Shown one piece after another: positions 24,322 to 36,378 of a stretch of 61,345 nt of DNA. Origin of the DNA: Pseudovirgaria hyperparasitica (taxonomy: Eukaryota); the NCBI GenBank assembly GCA_010093815.1, contig ML996574.1. One strand, given 5' to 3'. Every line of letters begins with the position of its first letter. Within the stretch, counting starts at the first letter, position 1. The notes beneath the pieces are model-generated. The model was given only the letters and a program-made list of their open reading frames with translations. It was not told the origin of the DNA and made no database searches. A program made the translations under genes and the position numbers.

Positions 24322-25649
24322 CTAGAAAAATCGACACTCAATGGGAGACTCTCCGTGGTTTTCGGTACTCGAATTCATGCAAAAGTTGCAGAAAAGCTGG
24401 AAAATAACATCCTTTGTCGCATAGCCAAACCCCACTCGCCGGTAAATTCTGCCTGGCCGAACCAGTGCTTCATCGAGCTTCTCGGGATGGTTGGTGGTCA
24501 TGACAAGTAGCTGGCCCTCTACCGAACTGACCCCATGGATTGCATTCAAAAGCCCGGTCAACGTGAGACTGCCTCCTGCACCTCCGGCTTTGACACCTCC
24601 TCGACTAAGGCCGTCATGGTCATTCGATTATGGCAAGCGCCGCTGCGCAGCCTTGTTGGCATCGACATCCTCCAAGAGCACGATACAACGACCTGGAAGA
24701 TCGTCGAAGAGCTTGCTGAGCTGACCATCATCCACACTGCTGGCGAGATTCAGCTTGTATACATCGAGGCCGAAGTGGCTCACGAGGGCCAACACAGCAC
24801 TTGTTTTGCACGTTCCAGGGGGTCCATGAAGCAGATAACCCCGGCGGTACGGTACATCTCCTTCCAGATAACGGGGGTGAGTTCCCAAGCTGAGAAAGTC
24901 TTGTATGTCATGTACTAAACTTTGCTTGACTTCTTCATCGAAACCGTCGAATTTTTCGAGTCTTCGTCTTCTGCCAGCCTCCATCTCGATTCTCAAAGAT
25001 GAGAGTCTTTTGCTCAATCTGCTTTAGGTACTCGGCCCGACATGCATGGAATAGCTCTCACAATGGCTGTTGAGATCGACCGAAGCAGGACAGGTATATC
25101 AACTGTCGATTACCCCAAAAAAATTTCCTGCTCTTTCACCGTTTGATAAGGGAACCATCGGCCTTGGTGCCGAAACCAATGCTTGCCCTCCCCAAATGGA
25201 GAATCGTAGAGGCTTCTTCCGAACGGTAGTGGCAAATTCGTTGCCATAATAGTCATCCCTTTGGCCAACGAGAACCCGTGAAAGAACGAGTGGAGTCTCC
25301 AAAGTTACGAGAAGTCCACGCATCGAGCATATCGCGTGCTTCACCAACTTCGGAGATGTACAGCGTCGAGGCTTCGAGTGTGAGAAGTGGTCACAATGGA
25401 ATGGGGTATCAACTGACTATAGCATTCTCGCACAGCCCCTTTCGAGTGTCGGTAAAAATACCTTGCTGCGAACGCGACAAGCCTACATAAGCCAAGCAGT
25501 CCGGCACAGCTGTTCAAGTGTCCGGCGAGAAGCTGCTGGAAGGCGACGAGAGTGGTGTTGAGGCTAGGAAAGAGGAGGTCAATAAGAGAGATGGACTGTG
25601 GCGAGGAAGGGTGAAGGGGCACGGAGAAAGCGTCGTTGTATGTTGCCAT
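24322..25649 (-). pseudogene. BCS1-like AAA+ ATPase pseudogene
   Basis: PYRRGYLLHGPPGTCKT, CIVLLEDVDA, LTGLLNAIHGV, MTTNHPEKLDEALVRPGRI and N-terminal KKPLRFS. In-frame TAA at 24628-24630, frameshifts between about 25000 and 25350, and substitutions in conserved motifs. Confidence 0.88.
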
Positions 25650-26659
25650 TGCGAAAAACTCTTGTGAGTTAACAGTATCATGTAGTGATGAGCTTGAGAC
25701 TTTTATTATTCTTTATACTTTAGGTACGATCGTCGATTTTTGCAACCTCTGCAGGCGAGTCCATGTTCGACACGGCAGATCACGATGATGGCTGATTAAT
25801 GCGCAGTTCACTGTGGTTTCTCAGCAAGGACGCCAATCAAAAATGTTTGGACAACAAAGGTGACACCCAGTTGAGCGAATCCTATGGCGCTTTTCTCTTT
25901 TTTGATCCGCTGTCTATCCCATCTTTTGCCATGGGCCACGATGGACATAATCGATGATGTAGCACTAGCGATAATACGACAGCCACAGAGGCTATCATCG
26001 AGAGCTGATGCTTGAAAACGTCTCCACAATACCTTCCTATGCACAGTTGCTTCTCTTTTGGGCAATCGCTATTATCGGAAGTGTCAGTACAAGTGAGATT
26101 TATGGCGATCTCCTTGGATCAGAATGAGGTAGTTTGGTTTACACCCTCGTTGGTCGCGCAGGTGAGGCATCTCATCCCACGGATTTCCCCTGGCTTCTGT
26201 GCACTGCAATCGATCAGATATCGATTGTATGCTAGTACTGTAAGAGGTAGCTACCTGGTAAAGATCGTCTTCGACCCCGGATGTGTCTAATGCGAGACTG
26301 CGTAGTCTCGCTTTTCATTGGTCCATCGCTAACAGCTGCAACTAGAAAATGCCGAGTCGGGGAGATAGTTCCGACAGCCCTGAAATTGTGCTCTCCTGTT
26401 ATTGAAGTAAGTCCAGTTTCTTACCTTTGCCTGTAAACCCGCTATGGAGTTTCCCATTCCGCCTCGTCAATCAAGTCTTACCGGAGACCATGCATGCGCG
26501 TGCATTAAGACGGAGATCATAGCCGTTATAGGTCATCCACTCATCGCCAAGACCGTGTAGAAGCTGCTGCCTAGTCGTTTGGATGGCAGGCCGACTACAG
26601 AGAAGGACGGACCTACATATACTCGACCAAGCCTTGACCTTGGGATTTCATTTTCCTCT

Positions 26660-27622
26660 TCACTCCAAATTTTCGACCATGGCGGCCACTACATTCATCG
26701 AACCCGTAAACTCTGTTGATTGCCACCATAATTGCCAAGCGCTTGAATAATCCTCAAAACCGTTGGCCCCAAGCGACCTTTGAACTTCTGATCTCCACCG
26801 GACTGGGTTGTCGGTTGAAGAAGAAAGGTCCATCCCACTACAGATTCGAAACTTCGTCCTGATCCATCCTCGAGGAAAGTACCCGGCAGTCTCCCAATCA
26901 ACAATCCCGACTGTGCCTGAATTAGGATCGTTCTCTACAATAATGTTCCCCGGACCGAGATCAGCATGATAAAAGACGAAGCTTGAGCAGTCCATCGCCA
27001 TTGCTCTACAACCTTTCTCAAGACTACCTGGGCTGTAGTCTTTAGCCGTCCTACTCTTCACAAGGTACTGCTCAGGTATATTTCTGCCGTCTACACCGCT
27101 TAGTCTGTCCGCTGTCCATTCCTGCATTTCTTTGCAGATTTCTGTCACAGCGGTTACATAATACTGACGCCAAGCCTCGTTCAAAGTAGGCCAGGCATCT
27201 GCCAGTGTCCGACCTGGCACTCTGCTAAGGAAAAGATAGGATCGGCCGTGATATTCAGTATGGTAAAGAACCTCTGGCATTGCAAAGTCTGGCTGTTTTT
27301 TCCGTACAAAATCTATTGTGGCGGCTTCCGGCGTTGTTCCCGAAACGATCGACTTGACTTTGCAGAATGCTTTTTTTCCTACTGACCAGACTGCGGAACT
27401 GACGCCAGCACTGTACACAAGCTGAATATGTGGATTATCTGGCGGTAGTGAAGTGGTTAATGGTGGCGGTACAGGCGCTTCCGTGAGTGCGAAGCTTCTC
27501 TCGCCGTCGTCGCTCCAAGTGGCGAGACAAGAACCGCAAGTTGAACGATGAAGCACAAGACTGCCAATCAGCCAGGTATTTGGACTCACTTGTTTGACGG
27601 ACTGCTCAATAGGCTCATCCAT
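26660..27622 (-). CDS. Aminoglycoside phosphotransferase / choline-kinase-like (APH family) protein
   Basis: Intact 320-aa ORF with FYHADLGPGNII (Brenner-type motif), GIVDWETAGY and YLFLSRVPGRTL. Confidence 0.85.
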   Translation of the reverse strand: MDEPIEQSVKQVSPNTWLIGSLVLHRSTCGSCLATWSDDGERSFALTEAPVPPPLTTSLPPDNPHIQLVYSAGVSSAVWSVGKKAFCKVKSIVSGTTPEAATIDFVRKKQPDFAMPEVLYHTEYHGRSYLFLSRVPGRTLADAWPTLNEAWRQYYVTAVTEICKEMQEWTADRLSGVDGRNIPEQYLVKSRTAKDYSPGSLEKGCRAMAMDCSSFVFYHADLGPGNIIVENDPNSGTVGIVDWETAGYFPRGWIRTKFRICSGMDLSSSTDNPVRWRSEVQRSLGANGFEDYSSAWQLWWQSTEFTGSMNVVAAMVENLE

Positions 27623-28483
27623 GATGTGAGACTAAAGAGTGGGCGAAGGAGGGAGGTAGCGGACGCTGCGAGGTGGTGCATGTGAACGATGAGGAAGACA
27701 TTTGCGAGTCATATAGCTCTTCGAGGTCGAGTACCCGAGGACTTTCCGGATTTTCATCATTCATGTGTACTTACAGGAAGCATTATTCATACTCATTTCC
27801 GGCCAACCTGGTGTGATCAATAGGAAGATTCGCCGAACTTTTCAGCTCTTATATTTTCTGTTCAAGTACCTTCCAAATTGACTCCATTTGATACCGGGTG
27901 AATCGGGTATGTTGTCTTGCGTCGGAAATCCATCCGCATTCTACATCGCAGTATCAAGAAAGGCTCTCCATTGTTGATCAGCGCGTATCCAATGATTGTA
28001 GACACCAGTTCTAGATCATCACCGACGAGATCAAAATAGCGTACTCTCGTCCTCAGTGTATTCACCTAGATAAGAAGCCAATACTCTTTCAGCCAATAGA
28101 TCAAATGTTGGTGCACAGCCAATCCATCAGTAGTCGTGCGGTTCCGGCAGCCAAATCGCGACCCCTCTCGCCCTTCCTCACCTTGATCCGTACGTCAAAC
28201 ATGCCATCCAATAGCCCAATCGTCTTTCCATCGTGGTTTGATCGTGATTCAAATCAACAAGTATCATTCAAAGACTATTCTGTATGCTCTTGAGGCTCCG
28301 GATTTCAACTCTTGCTTCATTTTGAAGTGTTATACCGTGGATCTGCCTTCGGACACGCCCAGCTTAGCGCCGACGTCATCGGCAAGAGCGCTCGACTACC
28401 AACCATTCACCCGCGCGCCTTCCCGAACAGAATTATTGTCTGTCAACTTCCAGCACCATGGCAGTGAGGTTGTATATCTATAA

Positions 28484-28506
28484 CTGCTGCTGCTGCTGCT
28501 GCTGCT
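28484..28506. repeat. (CTG)n microsatellite
   Basis: Visible CTG run upstream of the CAP gene. Confidence 0.9.
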
Positions 28507-28593
28507 CGAGCCGCAGCTTCATCGTCTGCTCATCTCAACCACACTTCTCACAGCACTTGATTCCTTGATCTCAGCGCACCCACAATAGTCACA

Positions 28594-29450
28594 ATGATAT
28601 ATCCCAAACAACCACCAATACTCCTCCTCCACCTCATCCTTCTCGCAGCCACACTCCTACTAACATTACACACCCAAGTGGTAATAGCACAACAAACAAC
28701 CCCGTCGTGGACCTTATTCTCCGACGACGACGACGACGGCACATTCCACGCCGTCGTCCTCAACAGCACAAATACATACCGCCACCAACATGCCGCCCCG
28801 CCACTGGCCTGGAATACCTCCCTTGCCGACGCCGCTGCTGCGTGGGCTGACAGGTGTGTCTGGGGGCATTCTGTATGTTTCTCCCTTCCTTTTCCCCATT
28901 TCCCATGTCCCGTCTCCCCTTTTCCCCTTCGTCTTGTCCCGTTTTAACACAACAACAAAAGTCCGGCCCAACAGGCGAAAACCTCGCTACAGGCTACCCG
29001 TCCCCCACCGCCGCAATCGACAGCTGGGCCGCAGAGCGCGCGGCGTACGAGTTTGCAAAGGGTGACTTTGAGGCTGCTACCGGGCATTTTACGCAGTTGG
29101 TTTGGCTTGATACGACGAGTGTGGGGTGTGCGCGGCGGGATTGTGGAGATGATGAGGGTAGGGAGGATAGGGACGGGCAGCAGAGGGCATGGAACTGGTT
29201 CTTCGTGTGCGAGTACTACCCCGCGGGCAATGTGCTGGGGAGGTTCGTGGAGAATGTGCATGTGCAGGTTAATTCGGATGCTGGTCCGAGTGCGACTCCG
29301 ACGGGTACAGGGACGGACTCGGGAGAGATGCCGGTGGAGACGGCGAGTGGCGCGGGGCATGGAGGTGGGTATGGGGATACCCGGGCGGGGTGGTGGGTTG
29401 GTGCCGTTGCGGCGGTGGTGTACGAGGCTGTTCGGGAGATGGATGGATAG
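28594..29450 (+). CDS. Secreted CAP/SCP (PR-1/Pry-like) protein; intron 28873-28961
   Basis: Hydrophobic signal peptide; YRHQHAAPPLAWN, WGHS/SGPTGENLA, GHFTQLVW, SVGCA, CEYYPAGN. Confidence 0.9.
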
Positions 29451-29510
29451 CATACGTACATACGTAACGTGTGTGTGGTATATCAACACCCTTTCCCACC
29501 CCAAAGCCTC

Positions 29511-30930
29511 TCAAAACCCAACCTCCCCCAACCACCCATTCACCCTCGCAAACGCCTCCTCCGCCGTGTAGTGATTATTAACACAATGCCCGGTCCCCCC
29601 CAAATTCACAACCGCAAACGCCCTCGCCCCACCATACAACCCCCGCACCGCCTCCGAAAACCCCCCTTTTTCACACTCACCCCTCGCCATAAAAACCGGC
29701 CCAACAACACCCACCCGCTGACAGAAAACCGCATCCTCATCCCCATTCAACACCAACACCGCGCCCCGGAACCCCCCCGCATCAACCTGCCCCAACCCCA
29801 CACTCGCAATCTCCCCCACCGTCACGCTGCCTCGATGCGTGAAATCGTAGTGCGAGACCACACGGTCGTAGGATGTCGCGTAGAAGAGGTATTCTGCCCC
29901 GGCCTCGCGGGTGGCAGAGAGGTAGCCGAGGGGTTTGTCCGGAGCAGGGAGAAAGAGCGGGTGTGTGGCGATGCCGGACAGGCCGGCGGCGAGGAAGGGC
30001 GTGTAGCCTGTTAGGACGAGGGCGTCGGCGGCGGAGGGGTAGGTGGCGGAGAGGGCGTTGCAGATGAGACTGCCGAGGGAGTGGCAGGTTAGGATTAGGG
30101 AGGTGAAGGTGCGGGTTTGGGTCTGGGTCTGACGGCGGTGGTGTGGTTGGGCTTGGTTTGAATTTGGACTTTGGGCAGCGGAAATGGGCAGGGTGCCGCG
30201 GCGCGCAGAGGCGAGGATCTGGGCGATTGTCGCGGCTTGGAGCGGGATTTGGCATTCGAGGAGGGCGTTTGCGTGGGTTGAGGCGCCGTTGCAGAGGCGG
30301 TCGAGGGAGAGGGTGGGGAAGGCTGCGTGGGCGGCGGCGTGGATGTAGGAGTATTTGGCCTGGGCGAAGGGGGTGTTTGGGTTGAGTGGTGGTGCGAGGC
30401 CGGACCAGTAGTCTGTTTTTTTGGTGTGTTGTTGTGAGTATGTGCGTGAGTGAATACATGTCAGATTCCCGGAAGAGGAAATGGATGCAAAAACATGGCA
30501 AGCAGAACGGGGGATATCACGCACCCTTCGTATACGTCGCCCCGTGCACAAGGACCTGCAATGTCTCCGCCCTCTTCTTCCTCTGCTGCGCATCCCCATC
30601 CCCTTCATCCACAACACCCACAGGCTCACAGTACCGCCCCGCAATCACGTACTCACCCCCTACCCTCGTCCTCGCCATCGTCGATCCCGTCACATTACCC
30701 TGCAACACCGCGTCAGTAGCAGTGCGCCAGTCTAGACCGTCCGGGAGGAGGATGTTGTCTGCAGTTGCGGAGACGGGAATGAGGATTTCTTGGCAGGTCA
30801 TTGGTGTGTTTGTGTTGTTTGTGCTTGTGGTTGTGGTTGTGGTGGTGTTTGGGGAAGCGGATGATGCGTGGGCGGTGAGGCTGATGGTGCCGAGGATGGC
30901 GAGTGTATGGGTCGGGGTTGGTATGCGCAT
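29511..30930 (-). CDS. Secreted alpha/beta hydrolase fold protein; intron 30413-30524
   Basis: Signal peptide MRIPTPTHTLAILGTISLTAHA; LQVLVHGATYTK/DYWSG, SLDRL, nucleophile elbow CHSLGS, GDEDAVFC, GTGHC. Confidence 0.8.
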
Positions 30931-31986
30931 TGTGGTAGTTTTTTCTTGTCGTTGCTCTTGTTTTGCCGGAGAGAAGAAGAGACGAAGAGAAGAAGAAGAA
31001 GAGGAGCAGGAAAAGAAAGACGTCAATAAGGAATATTACGGCGTAGAAGACGGATCCCTGCGGCACGGAGTGAACAACACGCCCCAAAAACGAATCTAAA
31101 CAAACACGCATTCTAGAATGCCCCGACTAGCGGATCAGCGTATCGATTGCCGATTGCCGATTAACAGATCATCATTAATCTTTCATCAAAACGGACGTCA
31201 AGTGTCAGCTAGCGTCAGTGTCAGTCAGTCCACCCGGCCCACCCCCCTCCAAAAAAAGGCCAGGTCCCGGCCCTGCCTAGAGACGAGACTAAACTATTTT
31301 CTAACATTATTTAACGTACTTCTATAACACCCAATTCAAACAGAGACAGGAATTCGACAGTGCGTTCTAGGCCCCTCTCAAACTCCCTCTCCGCGCCCGG
31401 TCTCCACCTAAGAAAAAGCCTCCGGGCCATTTTCCCCTTCTCCCCTTTTTCCCCTTTTCGCCTTTTCCCCTTTTCTCCTCATCCCAAAAAGCCCGAGGCC
31501 CCACCCAGGGTCCCGTGTGGGATTTGGCAGGCTTGGCTAGGCTGCTAATCTCCGATTGACGAGGGTACACAAGCTGTGTGTTTATATTTCGGTGGTGGTC
31601 GTGTACCGAGGGTAGGGCGTGTCGTGTCTGTGTGCATACATGCATACATGACATGCGCGTGCGAAGACGCATTTCTCCGGGGGGTGGGGGGATCTTCAGG
31701 GACATGCATGCAGGTCATATTCAACGACACACGTAATCAGTGGTCATGTCCGTACTTTCGATATATCCATCAATAATAATACCGTACCTCTTCGAACTTT
31801 GGCCGTCTGATGCATGCACGCATCCATCGAGGTCAACGAGGTCAACCCATCATCACACGCATGAACACTAGGACTGCTGAGATGTACTGTTTAATCTCAA
31901 TACTATGCCGGATAATTGTCAACATGGTACTCGAATTCGTCGAGAGTACTACTACCAGGCCACATGTTCAGACAGCTCTCACATAA

Positions 31987-32097
31987 TGCATTAAACAGTC
32001 CTTCATAAATGCATTAAACTATCCGACATGAAATGCATTAACTGTCCGTCATGAAATGCAATAAACAATCCCTCATGACATGCATCAACAGTCCATA
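31987..32097. repeat. Degenerate ~23-bp tandem repeat (ATGCATTAAACAGTCC...CAT) x5 in the 3' UTR of the CoA ligase
   Basis: Five ATGCA(T/A)..AAC..TCC units are visible directly after the stop codon. Confidence 0.85.
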
Positions 32098-32098
32098 C

Positions 32099-33826
32099 CT
32101 ACAGCTTTGCCTTGGGCGCGCCGTCTTCCGTCTTCGCCTGCTCTTTCAATACCCGTCGCAGAATCTTCCCGCTCACACTCTTTGGGATCTCGTCTGTGAA
32201 CCGGATACCACCCCTGAGCTTCTTGTGACTTGCCACTTTGCCGGCCAGCCAGTTGCTAATCTCGTCTGCCGTGCTCTTATCCGCGCTCACTCCCTTCTTC
32301 AACACGATGTATGCTCTGGGAAGCTCAGTGGCCTGCTCCTCGCTGTAGATTCCAAGCACGGCAACGTCGTCAATCTTCGCATGCCCGGCGAGATAGCCCT
32401 CGAGCTCGGCGGGTGGCACCTGGAACCCCTTGTATTTGATCAGCTCCTTCACGCGGTCGGTGATGAAGAAGTTGCCGTCCTTGTCCTGGTACCCAACATC
32501 TCCAGTTCGGAACCAACCGTCTTCGGTTAGACAGTCGCGAGTGCCCTTCTCGTTATTCAAATATCCCATAAAGATGTTCGGGCCTTTCATCCACAGTTCG
32601 CCAACTTGACCCGCCTCGACCTCCTTCTCGTCCTCGCCGACGTATTTGGCCGAAAGGTTGGGAAGCAGCTTGCCGACGGAGCCCCAGGGATTGTTCCATG
32701 CCTCCCAGGCTTGCAAGTGTGTGGTTGGGCTGGTCTCGGATAGGCCATAGCCTTGCTTGACACGGACACCGAGGCGCTCATGGATTGCAAGGATGATGTC
32801 CTTGGTCAGGGGGGCCGCGCCGGAATTCAGCATGCGTAGAGACGACAGGTCGTACTTTGAAACGATTTCATGCTTTGCAAGCAGCAGGATGACGGGCGGT
32901 ACGGCATAAACAAACGTAATCTTGAATTCCTGGATGAACCGGCAGAAGTCGGGCAGGTCGAACTTCGGCATGACATAGAGCTGGATGCCACGATAGATGG
33001 CATGGTGGATGAGGCAGGTCAAGCCGTATATATGGAAAAAGGGAAGAAATCCTAGGATTTTGTCTCCCTCGCCATTAGGTCCATTGTTCCATGCCAGGTT
33101 GCCCTCGAGTGTAGCCCCTTGGAGAGAGTTTGCGACGATATTCCGGTGGCTCAGCATAACGCCCTTGGGCAGACCGGTGGTGCCAGACGAATAGACCAAG
33201 AATGCCAGATCGGTCGACTTCTTCTTCACTCGTCGGTACCTGGTTGCTCCGCTGATATTTCGAATGCTTGTAAAGTGCTTCACTCTAGCCTGGGGATCCT
33301 TCTGGTCGCCAATCACTGCTATGCGATCCTCGCTCACGCCAGCAATCTTAGCCGCTTTCCGGGCATGCTCGAGCATTGGCATCTGGGTGATGATGACACT
33401 GGCTCCAGAGTCTTTCAGCTGGAATGCGAGCTCTTCAGGCGAGTATCCTGGGTTGGCGGGCGAAATGATACCGCCAGCCCATTGTGTACCCCATATTATT
33501 GCCGGCGTGTCGATACAATTGGGTGTGTACAGACACACAACGTCGTTCTTCTGGAAATCCCACACTGCCTTCAGACCTTTGCCGAAGTCGATTGCGGTAT
33601 CCTTGACTTGCTTGAAAGTGTAGCTACGGGACGTGTAAGGGTCGATATAGATGACTATACGAGACAATGGTCAGTAAAGGGAAGAATAGACGTGTAAGCG
33701 CTGGTATTGCGTCCATCACCTACCCTTGTCCTCTGGATAGGGGATCCTGTGCTCCCCTTCAAAGAGAAAGCCCCAGATATCAACATCTGGGATGTCTACG
33801 TCTGGATAAACTGAGCTGGTCGGCAT
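32099..33826 (-). CDS. Peroxisomal 4-coumarate/phenylacetyl-CoA ligase-like acyl-CoA synthetase; intron 33655-33723
   Basis: YSSGTTGLPKGV, QGYGLSET, GELWMKGPNIF, RTGDVG, DRVKELIKYKGFQVPPAELE, PKSVSGKILRR; C-terminal AKL (PTS1). Exon 1 reads MPTSSVYPDVDIPDVDIWGFLFE. Confidence 0.93.
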
Positions 33827-34188
33827 ACTGGTTAGAAGTACACAGCCGTCTTGCTAATCAATTGCAACGACAAGAGAACAGGCCCTGTGTATTCAGGGAA
33901 TTCGAGGATCCAGCTCCGTTCAGGTCGTCAGTATTCGTAATAGAACATGAAAGTCATATCGTGTTGTCGGTGTCGGAAGACACCCCAGTCCAAGGGTCCA
34001 CAGTCTATCATGATGGGCGGGCGAGCAACCGGCTAATGGCTAAGAGTGGCCGCGTAACAGAGAACGCTGTTGCTGATTCGGTCATGGGCGTCTTCTCCCC
34101 CCAAGACCAGCGGCTGTCGTCGGCAATCCATCAGCGTCTTGATCTTCGGCGCACGGTGTCGGGCGTGCTGCGTGTCTTGTGTGAAGTG

Positions 34189-34226
34189 CCGAGGCAGGCA
34201 TGCATGCGCCTGGGGTTCGGCCGAGG
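34189..34226. promoter_or_regulatory. Two CCGAGG (FarA/FarB, Ctf1-type core) motifs in the shared divergent promoter
   Basis: CCGAGG at 34189-34194 and 34221-34226 between two PTS1-bearing genes; function is inferred. Confidence 0.45.
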
Positions 34227-34376
34227 CCCGCGAACGATGACGCCAAGCGTCAACATACACTTCGCGGTACCTAGGTAAGGTATTCACTTTCCAACCGCGG
34301 GTCTGGTGATGATGATGATGGTGCTGCTCTAGACAAGAAATTGACATACAGACCTGCTCCCGGGCACCATCGAAAC

Positions 34377-35423
34377 ATGCCCTCCTTCGCCGACGCAACG
34401 GCCATCGTCAGCAAAGGCACGCACCAGTACGAAGGTCACTTCCACGAAGACTGGTGCATCGGCTCAGGTATACACACCCTTTAAACACCAAACCACTATC
34501 GCGGCTCTCAGGACTCACCTACTACAGTCCCTCACGGCGGCTATGTAACCTCTGCCATCCAACGTGTGGCCCGCCTACACTTCTCCACGACCCTGTCCGC
34601 CCAGAACCAACCTGACCTCCTCTCCCTCCACCTTGAATTCGTCCGCCGCACAAGCATCGGCCCGGTATCCTTCACAGTCACAGACATCAAGCTTGGCCGC
34701 GCAACATCCCTCGTCCAGATCTCCCTGACGCAACACGCCCGCGAGGAAGTCCTCGGTTTCATCACCCACACAAACCTCGCCTCCGAATCCGGCGTCAGCT
34801 TCGCCACAAACCACACCCTGACTCCTCCCTCGCCGCCCGCAGACCTCCTTGCGCTGACCAAATGCGTCAACGACGGCGTGCGCAGCAAGACGGACGACGC
34901 ACAGTGGCACTGCGAGGATCAGAACTGGGCATATGACGCCTACACACAGTTCCCTGAATTTCGCAAAGCTGCGACAAAGATATATTGGTTCCATCCGCGG
35001 CACGGGCAGGCGCATCCCAGCATTGCAGACGAGTGGATTCAATTCCGCTCCGGCGAGAAGTGGACAAACGATACGCTGGGCTACGTGTGCGATATGTTCC
35101 CGCAGCTCATCGAGCAGTATCGCACAAGCGACAATCTATCCCCTGCCACACGAGAATATTTCAAGGGGAAGAGCTTTTGGTTTCCGACGGTGCTACTGAA
35201 TATAGACATTAAAAAGGGGTTGCCAGAGGGAGGGGTGGAGTGGTTGTTCACCCGGGTAAGGGCCAAAGCGATCAAGAATGGGAGATATGATCTCGAGGTC
35301 ATTGTCATGGATCCTGCTGGCGATATCGTGGCGTTAAGCCATCATATCGTGATGATCCTAAGTGCGGAGAGAAATATGAAGGCGAGGCGGAAACCAGATG
35401 AGAAGGAGGAGAGTAAGCTATAG
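34377..35423 (+). CDS. Peroxisomal hot-dog fold thioesterase family protein; intron 34468-34527
   Basis: MPSFADAT...DWCIGS/VPHGGYV, LHLEFVRRT, WFPTVLLNIDIKK, IKNGRYDLEV; C-terminal SKL (PTS1). Confidence 0.9.
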
Positions 35424-36378
35424 ACGGAGATTAGATACGATACCTAGTGTGATGATATATGTCCGTGCCCTACTGTTGCTTGCTTGCTACATGGCCGCTT
35501 TCTCGATGCATTGCGATGTGATTTATATGCTGTCCAATCGTATCAATTGCTAGCCACATGCTACTAATAAGCCGAAAGGAGAGAAGGCTTCCGTAGACAG
35601 TAGAAGTCCCAACAATCTCGCTTTGTAACCAGTAGTGCGAGAGCGCGGTAGTTGATTGATATGCATGAAGTAGACACCCATTGCGCGATAGGCAAGATTT
35701 GGTCGAGCAGTATTACATCTCTTACCTCAGTGGAACATCGTCGACACGTATTGCATGAGTCATCCGAGCGGAAGAAACAGTAGACTTGACGTCCGTACAC
35801 ACTGGTGACAGGAAGAGATATATGCATGCAAGCTACGTCATCACTACCATACAAATCCTCAGTATACCCTTTGCTGCCATGCATCATCACCAAACTTCCT
35901 CTATCGCCAAGCCACATTCTCGTTGCGCGCTCATATCAGTAAAGCACACCACCCCCTCAAGAATTTCACAGCGGTGCAAAAGCCCGCCGTGCGTGTACGC
36001 AAATACATTCCATTACTCAAGATGCTATGCAATTGTGCGGAAAGGTTATGACGATATGTCCTCGCCGTTAGATTTTGGAACAGTTGGAAAACAATATCTA
36101 CGCGATTATGAAAATGCGCAGCTCGATGCGCCGTTATGTTGAGTTGAAGGTGGCATGATCTGGATCCGAATTGACTTTTATCCTGTCATCGGAAGGAGAC
36201 AGTGATTCTTTTGTATCTACGTCCTTGACCAACGCATTGATCTCGAAAAGATTGGCATGGCCGCCGGTAATGTAGAGAGCGTTGTTTTAGCATAAATGAG
36301 ATGGTGCCAGATTAGAATGTAGTAGGCTTTTGATTATTAGGGTGAATATTCGAACCGAGGTCAATCCGAGTGTTGTTT

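Noticed and set aside
26292..26311. Hairpin GCGAGACT-GCGT-AGTCTCGC as a Helitron 3' end
   Set aside because: The nearest CTAG is about 30 nt downstream, further than typical, and no Rep/helicase remnant is visible.
31987..32097. Short repeat arrays as CRISPR-like structures (also 12818-12892, 47970-48028)
   Set aside because: Contiguous tandem minisatellites without unique spacers, in a eukaryotic genome with no cas genes.
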